From NCBI GenBank assembly GCA_905365145.1, contig CAJPIO010000001.1, positions 63,484 through 127,483 of the forward strand: a stretch of DNA of 64,000 nucleotides, read 5' to 3'. Both the position numbers and the translations under genes were made by a program. Below, in pieces: positions 41,122 to 49,721 of the stretch (position 1 is its first letter; every line of letters begins with the position of its first letter). The stretch is from Candidatus Saccharimonadota bacterium. Lineage in GTDB: Bacteria > Patescibacteriota > Saccharimonadia > Saccharimonadales > Saccharimonadaceae. The notes under the pieces were generated by a model that saw only the letters and a program-made list of their open reading frames with translations, ran no database searches and had not been told where the DNA came from.

Positions 41122-42921
41122 ATGACAGAACTAAAGAAGCTATCTTTCAATGAAACTTTAAAAGCTTTTGGCACGGTGGCGATAACGACTTACAAAGCTT
41201 CTCCGCTGGCGGCGATTACCAAAATAATCGGTACGATTATCGGTTCGGCTATTCCGTTAGTTACTACGTTTGTGGCCGCGCAAGCGACTACTTATCTGGC
41301 GGCTGGCTTCGCTGGTGACGAGCAAGCAGGTGCAAGGGCAATTTGGTGTGTTGCAGCGACTGTGCTGTTGGGGGTGCTCATGATGGCGTGGCATAGTTTG
41401 CAAAATTACATAGATCAATTCACTTCGTATAAAATTAGCTCGGCTATTAGCGACCGGCTGCACGAACATTTTGTTAGTATTGATTTTTGGCGTTATGACG
41501 ACAAGGATACTGCCGATATGTTTGATAAGGCACAAAGTTTTGTCTCGTTTTTTTCGCAGTTTTTCGATGCTATGGCTAGAATGATAGCGTCAATTGTTAG
41601 TGTAATAGTAGCGTTAGTTTCTCTATTTTCTGTTAGCTGGTGGATTGGCTTGATATTATTTTTAGCAATTATTCCTAGCGCGATAGTTCAGCTAAAGTTG
41701 TCGCGTTTGCAGACAGAGCATTGGCGTAAATATACCGAAGCTCGGCGCCGCAGTAATTCGATTTCTTGGAGTGTGATGCAGCCGCAAAATCTGGCGGAAC
41801 TGCGTATTTATAACGCAGCGCGCTATATGTTAGATATGCGAGCGAAGTGGCGAGACAAAGACCAACTCGAGCGTATTCAATTTGAGCGCGCTTATATTAT
41901 CAAACGGTTGGCAGCCGACGTTGTCGAAGCAATAGCTCAGCTAGTTGGGCTATTGTCGATTGTTCTGCAAATTATCCATCGTGCTCAGCCAATCGGCCAG
42001 TTTGTTTTGGTCGAGCAAATGATGTCGCGAGCACTTGGCGATATGGGCAGTTTAATCACGCAGTTCAATAGCATTGATCAGGATATTGCAGCGATGGTCG
42101 ATTTCCAAAGGTTTATGCGGTTGCCGAGAAACTTGAATGAAGGTCGGAAATTGCTCGAACCGCCGCAGACGATTGAACTGCGGAATGTTTCGTTTCGTTA
42201 TCCCAAAAACGACAAGCTAGTGTTAAGCGATATTAACATGAAAATTTACGCTGGCCAACGGATTGCTATTGTCGGCGAAAATGGCGCTGGCAAATCGACG
42301 CTTATTAAATTGTTGCTGGGGTTGTATCGGCCGACGCGCGGCCAGGTCTTGCTTGATAACGTGTCGCTGGCGGATATTAATAAGAGCTCGTGGCACGGCT
42401 ATCTCGGAGTGCTACAACAAGATTTCATAAAATATCGATTTGCAACAGCTTATGAGAACGTTGTGTATGGAGACGTTCAGCGCAGCTATGACGAGCAGCA
42501 TTATCAAAGATCAATCAAGCAGGCTGAAGCTAGCGCTTTCATTGATAAATTGCCCAAGAAGCGCGATACAATTCTCGGGCAATGGTTTGAGCACGATGAT
42601 GGTACTAACGGCGTTGATTTGTCGGGCGGACAGTGGCAGCGTCTGGCGCTAGCGCGTAATTTTTATCGCCAGGCGCCAATTGTTATTCTAGACGAACCAA
42701 CTAGCGCTATTGATGCCTTGGCAGAATCAAGGATTTTTGCTCGGCTATTTGGCAAGCATGGCAATACCATCATCGCTATCAGCCATCGCTATACAACTAT
42801 CAAAAAAGCCGATGTTGTCTATATGATGCAAAACGGCAAGATTGTCGAGCAGGGCAGTGTTGACGAATTAGTAGCTCGCCGGGGTGAATTTTATAAGATG
42901 TTCGCTAGTCAAATTGAATAA
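41122..42921 (+). CDS. ABC exporter, fused permease and ATPase
   Basis: TM domain plus GENGAGKST, LSGGQWQR, LDEPTSAID and ISHR motifs. Confidence 0.93.
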   Translation: MTELKKLSFNETLKAFGTVAITTYKASPLAAITKIIGTIIGSAIPLVTTFVAAQATTYLAAGFAGDEQAGARAIWCVAATVLLGVLMMAWHSLQNYIDQFTSYKISSAISDRLHEHFVSIDFWRYDDKDTADMFDKAQSFVSFFSQFFDAMARMIASIVSVIVALVSLFSVSWWIGLILFLAIIPSAIVQLKLSRLQTEHWRKYTEARRRSNSISWSVMQPQNLAELRIYNAARYMLDMRAKWRDKDQLERIQFERAYIIKRLAADVVEAIAQLVGLLSIVLQIIHRAQPIGQFVLVEQMMSRALGDMGSLITQFNSIDQDIAAMVDFQRFMRLPRNLNEGRKLLEPPQTIELRNVSFRYPKNDKLVLSDINMKIYAGQRIAIVGENGAGKSTLIKLLLGLYRPTRGQVLLDNVSLADINKSSWHGYLGVLQQDFIKYRFATAYENVVYGDVQRSYDEQHYQRSIKQAEASAFIDKLPKKRDTILGQWFEHDDGTNGVDLSGGQWQRLALARNFYRQAPIVILDEPTSAIDALAESRIFARLFGKHGNTIIAISHRYTTIKKADVVYMMQNGKIVEQGSVDELVARRGEFYKMFASQIE

Positions 42922-42959
42922 GCGCTTGCAATTTACTAAACGTTGCGCGATAATATGCT

Positions 42960-43073
42960 TATGCTGGTACGCAATGGGGCCGCCCTGTTGCGAAAACAAA
43001 CATTATACCAACGCCGTGCCCCGGGTGGGCGCGTAGCAGCACAAACCGCTACTAGAAATTGTAGCGGTTTTTT
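42960..43073 (+). ncRNA. Candidate stand-alone small RNA (or 42 aa leaderless ORF)
   Basis: TTGCAA-N17-GATAAT promoter; self-complementary GC-rich body; terminator AAACCGCTAC..GTAGCGGTTTTTT. Confidence 0.45.
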
Positions 43074-43097
43074 GATATTGTAGATAGAGGGGAGATT

Positions 43098-43162
43098 GTT
43101 TGGGGCATTAGCTCATTTGGGGAGCCTTCAGCAGAAATATTGCGCAAGCGCTCTAGCCAAAT
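43098..43162 (+). repeat. Partial direct duplicate plus inverted copy of the downstream tRNA-Ala 5' half
   Basis: 43098-43120 equals 43182-43204 (23 nt); 43146-43162 is the exact reverse complement of 43199-43215. Confidence 0.9.
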
Positions 43163-43185
43163 TGGCAACTGTCCTGTAGTAGTTT

Positions 43186-43262
43186 GGGGCATTAGCTCAT
43201 TTGGCTAGAGCGCTTCGCTGGCAGCGAAGAGGTGACCGGTTCGAATCCGGTATGCTCCACCA
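43186..43262 (+). tRNA. tRNA-Ala(GGC)
   Basis: CTTCG-CT-GGC-AG-CGAAG anticodon arm; G3:U70 pair; CCA end. Confidence 0.95.
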
Positions 43263-43263
43263 C

Positions 43264-43340
43264 GGACCTTTAGCTCAGTTGGCTAGAGCGCACGATTCAC
43301 ATTCGTGAGGTCGCAGGTTCAAGCCCTGCAAGGTCCACCA
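43264..43340 (+). tRNA. tRNA-Val(CAC)
   Basis: CACGA-TT-CAC-AT-TCGTG anticodon arm; CCA end. Confidence 0.95.
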
Positions 43341-43399
43341 ATTTAGGCGTAAACGGTTTTTGGGAATAGTTATCCTTGTAACAACTTAGCCACAAGCAT

Positions 43400-43475
43400 G
43401 GGGATATAGCTCAGCTGATAGAGCGCAGCATTCGCATTGCTGAGGTCGAGGGTTTGAGTCCCTCTATCTCCACCA
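43400..43475 (+). tRNA. tRNA-Ala(CGC)
   Basis: CAGCA-TT-CGC-AT-TGCTG anticodon arm; G3:U70 pair; T-loop TTTGAGT. Confidence 0.93.
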
Positions 43476-43487
43476 GAATAGTATGAA

Positions 43488-43523
43488 AGCGGTAGCGTAA
43501 TCATGAACGCTACCGTTATTTTA
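43488..43523 (+). terminator. Terminator after the tRNA operon
   Basis: GCGGTAGCGT-aatcatga-ACGCTACCGT followed by a T-rich tract. Confidence 0.75.
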
Positions 43524-43594
43524 TTTTTCAAGACATTATTTACTTATTATTACCAATTCAACTTACTGGAAAATCTCGTCCGACTACTGATGAT

Positions 43595-43774
43595 ATGCGT
43601 CCGTCTTTTGAAAGATTACTTGCGAAGCGAAAACCAACTTCAAACCAGATTATCAATTGGACAGGTTTGCATATGTTGCCAAAATTGACCGATTATATTG
43701 AAGAAGGAAAAACAATAGATGCTGTAATATTTGAGCCGGCAGTTTTCTTGATTAATGAGCTGTTCGAATCTTGA
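43595..43774 (+). pseudogene. Possible gene remnant downstream of the tRNA cluster
   Basis: 59 aa frame MRPSFERLLAKRK..FLINELFES, also open for at least 15 codons upstream of the ATG; no recognisable motif. Confidence 0.25.
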
Positions 43775-43924
43775 CAAAGCTCCGCCGTCCTGCTAAGATT
43801 TTCAGAGGTCAATACGTTGCTTTTGTCCTGGCAAAGCGTAATGTTGTAAAAATAACACACCCTAGTTGCACCGATAAAGCGCAACTTTTTTGTTGCCAAA
43901 AAATCATTAATCAAAGGAGTAAAT

Positions 43925-44410
43925 ATGCCCCGCACTAAGCGAGAAGGAATATTTTATGGCGTCGTGATGGCGTTTACAATGTCGATGTTTATGAATTTGC
44001 TGAACACGTTTTTGCATGCTGGCGCGTCAATGCAATCGCTAGGAAGAGCGCTGATACTACAGCCGGTGATCTTTGCGATTGTTATGATTGTTGAGGGTTT
44101 GCTCGTGTCGAATCTGGCGCAAAAAGCCATGAAGCGGTTTGTTCGGGCGAAGGACAGCGCGGAGGCTCATGCACTGGCGCGAACAGTGTGTATGGTAACG
44201 GGTATGCCGCTGGCGATGAGCTTGATCGGGCTTGTCTTGGCTGGTATACCGCTAGCCGAGCTGCCGCTGCGCTTTGCCTCGGCATGGCCGATTAATTTCT
44301 GCGCGGCTTTTTGGTGGCAGATATTGGTCGCTGGACCGGCGGCGCGCATGGCTTTGCGAGCATTAAGGACTTATCGGTCGGGAAGAGTGCTGGCGGCGGA
44401 GGAGCCGTAA
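43925..44410 (+). CDS. DUF2798-like membrane protein
   Basis: AAGGAG SD sequence; MPRTKREGIFY start; WPINF.AAFWWQILVAGP.AR motif. Confidence 0.75.
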   Translation: MPRTKREGIFYGVVMAFTMSMFMNLLNTFLHAGASMQSLGRALILQPVIFAIVMIVEGLLVSNLAQKAMKRFVRAKDSAEAHALARTVCMVTGMPLAMSLIGLVLAGIPLAELPLRFASAWPINFCAAFWWQILVAGPAARMALRALRTYRSGRVLAAEEP

Positions 44411-44477
44411 AGTCCTTCCAAAAAACCGCCTGCCACCTATTGATCTATTGTTCATAGTGTGTTATAAATAATTTTAT

Positions 44478-44984
44478 ATGATTAGACTGAGGTCTCCTGA
44501 AATATATGTCGGTTTATTTGATATAGAAAGAGTGGGCTCTAGCACGATTACCGAACCTATAGGTGTATCGTATCGTTATCCAAATAGTAATATAGTTAAT
44601 ATTGCCGTAGCAGAAAGGGGGTTTCATCACCAATTACATAATGCTTATATGTATGATGTTTATGGCCCCGACTCTAGACCGCTTGTTCAATCTGATAAAG
44701 TCAGTGCTTTCGCCTATCAGGATATACCTACGGAAGGATGTCCAATTGAAGATATAAAGACTTACGTTTACTATTTTGCAGCAGATAAACAACCAGATCT
44801 CTCATCAAGATTACGTAAAAAACTTAACGCGCAGAGAAAACTAGCAGCGCGCGTTTTAGCGGCAGTACTAAGCAATGAAGTCTATAAAGGACTGCCAGGT
44901 GACGGCACTATGCACAGAAAGCGTATTCCTAGGCGGATTTTGAACAGTAATCCAGATAACATAATGTATTGCCGTGTCTCTTGA
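44478..44984 (+). CDS. Hypothetical protein, AT-rich
   Basis: 168 aa ORF with no recognisable motif. Confidence 0.55.
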   Translation: MIRLRSPEIYVGLFDIERVGSSTITEPIGVSYRYPNSNIVNIAVAERGFHHQLHNAYMYDVYGPDSRPLVQSDKVSAFAYQDIPTEGCPIEDIKTYVYYFAADKQPDLSSRLRKKLNAQRKLAARVLAAVLSNEVYKGLPGDGTMHRKRIPRRILNSNPDNIMYCRVS

Positions 44985-45056
44985 TATACGAAACTTTGCC
45001 TTTGCTGAATAAATCGGAGCGATATGTAAAAAGCAGGAAGAACGTGCGGCCGACTA

Positions 45057-45166
45057 ATCTCGCGCGTACAATTCTCGAATCCTACATGTAAGATTTTGAA
45101 ATCTTCCGCGTATGATTTGTAAATCTCATGCCTAAGATTTTCTCATCTCGCGCGGATGATTGGAAC
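45057..45166. repeat. Five degenerate tandem 22 bp repeats
   Basis: ATCTCGCGCGTACAATTCTCGA / ATCCTACATGTAAGATTTTGAA / ATCTTCCGCGTATGATTTGTAA / ATCTCATGCCTAAGATTTTCTC / ATCTCGCGCGGATGATTGGAAC. Confidence 0.8.
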
Positions 45167-45364
45167 GGGCCGCGGACGAGCTGGCAAAATGTCTCGCTAA
45201 AGAGTGGTGCGCTACCGGCAGCGTTGATAATTTGCATTAGCCGCGTGTTGCTAGTTGCGGTAGTAATTCGACCAAGTTATCAATGGTGGTGATCGTGTTA
45301 CGCTAGTTGCGGTAATTAAAGCCGTCTTAGTCGCCTGCGTTCTTAATTGGCGTATAATATAACT

Positions 45365-46540
45365 ATGGGGCGAATTCCGCTGGCCGAACAGATGCGGCCA
45401 CAAACGCTGGATGAGGTGATTGGACAGAGTCATTTGCTGGGCGAGGGCGAGCTGCTCCGCCAAATTGTTAAGCGTGGCGAGCCGGTTAGCTTGATTTTGT
45501 GGGGGCCGCCAGGGACAGGCAAGACCACCTTGGCGCGGATCATTGCCAGCGAAGTCAATGCCGAATTTGTTGAGCTGTCGGCGGTGACTAGCGGCAAAAA
45601 AGATGTCGAGCGGGTAATTGAACACGCCAGGCAAAACTGGAATTTAGGATTGAGGACAATCTTGTTTGTCGATGAAATCCATCGCTTTAACAAGGCGCAG
45701 CAAGATGCGTTTTTGCCGCACGTCGAGAGCGGGCTGATCACCTTGATTGGCGCGACCACCGAGAACCCGAGCTTTGAGGTGATCACGCCGCTGCTCAGCC
45801 GGACGCGGGTGTTGGTGCTCCAACAGCTGACCAAAGATGAAATTATATTGGTGCTGAAGCGGGCGCTCAAAGTTTTGAAACAAACCAATCGGGTGTCGCC
45901 CAAAGCTCTGGACTATCTGGCGGAATTAGCGGACGGCGACGCGCGGGTGGCCTTGGGTAATTTGGAATTGGCATTGAGTTTTGGCGGGAAGGTCACGCCC
46001 GAGGTGGTCAAGGCCGCGGCTCAACGGCGATTGCCGGGCTATGACAAAAAGGGCGATGTGCATTATGATGTCATTTCGGCGTTCATCAAGTCGCTGCGCG
46101 GTAGCGACGCGGTGGCTGCGGCGTATTATTTGGCACGCATGATTGACGCCGGCGAAGACCCGAAGTTCATTGCTCGGCGGATGGTGATTTTCGCGTCAGA
46201 AGACATTGGGCTGGCGGGTAACGGCGCGCTGAGCTTGGCAGTTGCTGCCTTTGAAGCAGTGGAGCGCGTTGGGCTACCCGAAGCCAAATATAATTTATTC
46301 CACTGCGCTATCGCCCTGGCTCGCAGCCAGAAATCGCGCGAGATTACTGATCTGATGAATGACGCCTTTTCTCTGGCGCACAAATATCCGAATTCACCAG
46401 TGCCGCTCCATCTTCGAAACGCTGCTACCAGGCTAATGAAAGATCTAGGTTACGCTAAAGATTACCAATGGCAAGCTGGCTTCCAGCATGAAAAGGGATT
46501 TTTGCCGGAAGAGGTTAGGAAAGAGACCTCGAACCGCTAA
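45365..46540 (+). CDS. rarA: Replication-associated recombination protein A (MgsA/RarA)
   Basis: PLAEQMRP, WGPPGTGKTT, DEIHRFNKAQQD, ATTENPSF and SAFIKSLRGSD motifs. Confidence 0.96.
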   Translation: MGRIPLAEQMRPQTLDEVIGQSHLLGEGELLRQIVKRGEPVSLILWGPPGTGKTTLARIIASEVNAEFVELSAVTSGKKDVERVIEHARQNWNLGLRTILFVDEIHRFNKAQQDAFLPHVESGLITLIGATTENPSFEVITPLLSRTRVLVLQQLTKDEIILVLKRALKVLKQTNRVSPKALDYLAELADGDARVALGNLELALSFGGKVTPEVVKAAAQRRLPGYDKKGDVHYDVISAFIKSLRGSDAVAAAYYLARMIDAGEDPKFIARRMVIFASEDIGLAGNGALSLAVAAFEAVERVGLPEAKYNLFHCAIALARSQKSREITDLMNDAFSLAHKYPNSPVPLHLRNAATRLMKDLGYAKDYQWQAGFQHEKGFLPEEVRKETSNR

Positions 46541-46627
46541 CGGGTTTTACTGAATTTTTTGCTGTACAATCTATGCAAATATCGCTAACATGCGTCATAA
46601 ACATAAATAGTATGATACATTAAATGT

Positions 46628-47968
46628 ATGAGTAGCAAGAATGCAAAGAAATCCGAGCAGCGCAAATCTAATCAGCAGCAAGATGGCGCTCAGGCAAGCC
46701 AAGGCGAGCAGATTCAGTCGCCGCAAAGTGTTACTCAACCAGTCTCAGGCGGACAAATTCAACCGCTGCAGGTAAAGCAAGTCCAGCAGCCAATGCCGCA
46801 AATTGAACAGGCGCAAGCGCAACCCGAACAGCAGAATCAGCCGACAGCAGTCATCTCGCCACAAGCTTACCAGAACCAGACTCAATATCAATACGTTTAT
46901 GTTAACTATTCAAGAAAAAGCAACGTTATCGGATTATCGATTGTTTACGCGATCAGTTTATTCTTGACGATAGGCCTTCCGATTGGTTTATTCAGCATGA
47001 ATGGTTCGATGAAAGACTTTTCGAGCGAAGCAAACTATTATTTGATTCAAGTTGTGAAAATAGTCATGCCGATTGTTCTGGCACTGTCGGTGATATCGTC
47101 TATAATTTTGTGGATAGCTTACTTGTCGAGTAAAAACAGATTAGTAGCCAAAATTGCAGCTGCCTGTACGCTTTCTATATCGGTCATATCTTTTGTTGTT
47201 TTTTGGATTTATTTAAACTTCTATTCTGTGGTAGGCTTTGGCGATGCGGCGTTCTTTTTGCCTATACCTTTCGGCGTGATGATATTGGGAATTGCTTGGT
47301 GTATTAACGTTTTTAAATACCAGAATGAAAAGCCAGCGTATTATGCGAATACTTCTCTAAACGGCCAATATGTAGTTTCGCCGCAATATCCTAATCATCC
47401 GCCACAGCAGCCGCAACCGAGCATTCAGCAGCCAGGCGCTGCCGATCCGCAGTACGGGCCAGCGCCAGCTGAGCAGAATGCCTCTTATGAACAGCAGACG
47501 GTCAACCAGCAGTATTTCGCGCAGCCGCAAGCGGCGCCAGTCCAGTATGTTGTTATGGCGCAGTTGCTCAAAGGCGTTAAGGGTTGGCTCGCATTTTTCA
47601 TGGTGTGTCTAGCGATTGATGGCGTTTGTTCGGTTGGTTTGTTTTTTACCTCGTTGTTAAACCTAGGCGATCCGTCGGCTGTCGTTTCAGTGACATTCAT
47701 GCCGATCATTGCTGTACTGACTACTGTCGCGGTGGTGCTCATTAATCTGCAAAAGAAGCTTGGCAAGTGGCTGGCGGTTGCGGCGCTCGTAGTTTCGTTC
47801 TTCTATTCAGCAAGTTCTGCGGTAGTTGATAGCGTGGTCAAAAGACCTCCGAACACTGACTCAATTATTAGTATGACTAGCACTATCATTGCTAGCGGGA
47901 TTTCTATGGGATTGCTTTGTTTGTACTTCTTTGTTTCTAGGCGCGTGAAAGAGACTCTGGTTAACTAA
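46628..47968 (+). CDS. Membrane protein with two Q/P-rich linkers and two four-TM blocks (C-terminal block DUF2569-like)
   Basis: Low-complexity Q/P tracts; KGVKGWL..YFFVSRRVKET motif. Confidence 0.75.
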   Translation: MSSKNAKKSEQRKSNQQQDGAQASQGEQIQSPQSVTQPVSGGQIQPLQVKQVQQPMPQIEQAQAQPEQQNQPTAVISPQAYQNQTQYQYVYVNYSRKSNVIGLSIVYAISLFLTIGLPIGLFSMNGSMKDFSSEANYYLIQVVKIVMPIVLALSVISSIILWIAYLSSKNRLVAKIAAACTLSISVISFVVFWIYLNFYSVVGFGDAAFFLPIPFGVMILGIAWCINVFKYQNEKPAYYANTSLNGQYVVSPQYPNHPPQQPQPSIQQPGAADPQYGPAPAEQNASYEQQTVNQQYFAQPQAAPVQYVVMAQLLKGVKGWLAFFMVCLAIDGVCSVGLFFTSLLNLGDPSAVVSVTFMPIIAVLTTVAVVLINLQKKLGKWLAVAALVVSFFYSASSAVVDSVVKRPPNTDSIISMTSTIIASGISMGLLCLYFFVSRRVKETLVN

Positions 47969-48002
47969 AGTACCAAAAGTCAAAAGTTTCTCTATACGAA
48001 TA

Positions 48003-48034
48003 GGCCGCTCCTTTTCTAGAGCGGCCAGTTTTTT
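48003..48034. terminator. Intrinsic terminator
   Basis: GGCCGCTC-cttttcta-GAGCGGCC followed by AGTTTTTT. Confidence 0.75.
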
Positions 48035-49683
48035 TATTCAATTGATAGCCGGTGTTCGCTACATCCGATTAATACACCTTCGTACGGGCGTAGTTCTACC
48101 GAGCCGTCATCGGCAACCTCGGGGTAGTCATTTGGGTGTGTGGCGCATAAGATACTGCCGGTATGTGGTAGCGTAACACGGTGTTTGGTGTTGCCAAAAT
48201 TTAATGCGACAAAGACATGCTGTTCTCGGCCAATCCATCGCGCGTAAGCAAATACGTCATTATCTGTATCGCTGAGCGGCTCGTATTCGCCAGTGCGCAA
48301 GATTTCGTAGCGGCTGCGCAAGGTCAATAAGCGGCGGTATAGCGCCAAAAATGAGTCTGGTTCGTTCTGCTCTGATTCTACATTGACATTTTGGCAAGCG
48401 GGATTTACTGGTAGCCATGGTTTAGCGGTACTAAATCCGGCATTTTGGCCAGCCGTCCACTGCATCGGCGTACGCTCTGGATCGCGTCCGACAGATTCGT
48501 CGTTGCCGTGGCTGAAGACCGACTTATCTTGAATCTCTTCAAAGCGAACTGGCCCATTGCTCATGCCAATCTCGTCGCCGTAATACACTACCGGCAGCCC
48601 TGGCAGCGTCAGTTGCATCAACGCAATTAAGCGAGCTTGTTTCTCTCCGCCGAAGCGCGTAACGATGCGTGATTGGTCGTGATTACTAAAGCAGTAGACT
48701 GGCGTATGCACGTCGGGGTTTATCATACCTTGGAATTCGTTGACGATTGTGCTCATCGACTCGGCATTAAATTTGGCGTGTAATCCTTCAAAATTGAATG
48801 GCATTGATACTTTTGGATTGACACCATAAAAACCCAAATATTGTTCGCTAGTGCTATAATTACCATCCGGATAATCTTCGAAAATCATGATACGATCCGG
48901 ATACGAGGCAACTATATCCGTTAGCTCCCGTAAATATGGGAAAAGATTATCCCAGAAGCGGCTATATTTGTGCTGCAAATCGTCGAATTTCGTGGGCGGT
49001 TTTTTACCACGATAGCGCTCGGCAACTGGGTCGTCGCGCAGTTCCGGATCTTTACTGATCCAGCGTACCGCGTCCGCTCGAAAACCATCGACGCCCAGGT
49101 CTAGCCAAAAATGTAGTACGTCGTGCATTTCGCGGCGCACCTCAGGATTATCCCAGTTGAGGTCTGGCTGTTCTTTCAAGAACGTGTGCAAGTAATACTG
49201 CTGGCGCCCCTCGTGCCATTGCCAAGCGCTGCCGCCAAAAATGCTTAGCCAATTGTTCGGTTCTGAGCCGTCAGGTTTAGCATCGCGCCAAACATAAAAA
49301 TCATTCTTATCGTTGTCCTTGGAGCTTTGCGATTCTAAAAACCACGGATGCTGATTACTGGTATGGTTGGGTACGAAATCGACCATTACTTTAATATCGC
49401 GAGCGTGCGCTTTCTCAACCAACTCTTTGAAGTCATCAAGCGAGCCGAAAATCGGATCAATATCACAATAGTCCGCCACATCGTAGCCCATGTCAGCTTG
49501 CGGCGACGGATAAAACGGCGAAAACCAAATCGCATCGATGCCGAGCGACTTATCGCCGCCCTTAATATAATCAAGCTTGTCAATCACGCCGCGCAAGTCG
49601 CCGACGCCATCGCCATTAGAATCCATGAACGATCGCGGATAGATTTGATAAAATCCGTTAACGTCGCGCCATTTTTTTGCCAT
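48034..49683 (-). CDS. GH13 alpha-glucosidase / oligo-1,6-glucosidase
   Basis: YQIYPRSF.DSNGDG, DFVPNHTS, QPDLNW, GVDGFRADA, SNHD and RDPERTPMQW motifs. Confidence 0.94.
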   Translation of the reverse strand: MAKKWRDVNGFYQIYPRSFMDSNGDGVGDLRGVIDKLDYIKGGDKSLGIDAIWFSPFYPSPQADMGYDVADYCDIDPIFGSLDDFKELVEKAHARDIKVMVDFVPNHTSNQHPWFLESQSSKDNDKNDFYVWRDAKPDGSEPNNWLSIFGGSAWQWHEGRQQYYLHTFLKEQPDLNWDNPEVRREMHDVLHFWLDLGVDGFRADAVRWISKDPELRDDPVAERYRGKKPPTKFDDLQHKYSRFWDNLFPYLRELTDIVASYPDRIMIFEDYPDGNYSTSEQYLGFYGVNPKVSMPFNFEGLHAKFNAESMSTIVNEFQGMINPDVHTPVYCFSNHDQSRIVTRFGGEKQARLIALMQLTLPGLPVVYYGDEIGMSNGPVRFEEIQDKSVFSHGNDESVGRDPERTPMQWTAGQNAGFSTAKPWLPVNPACQNVNVESEQNEPDSFLALYRRLLTLRSRYEILRTGEYEPLSDTDNDVFAYARWIGREQHVFVALNFGNTKHRVTLPHTGSILCATHPNDYPEVADDGSVELRPYEGVLIGCSEHRLSIE

Positions 49684-49721
49684 AATTACCCCCTCTTATT
49701 TATTATATTAAAAATTAAAAT

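Noticed and set aside
43098..43120. att site of an integrated element at tRNA-Ala
   Set aside because: The duplicate is the 5' end, only about 60 nt from the tRNA, with no cargo or integrase; kept instead as a structural finding.
45057..45166. CRISPR array
   Set aside because: The units are contiguous and degenerate with no unique spacers, and there are no cas genes in the window.
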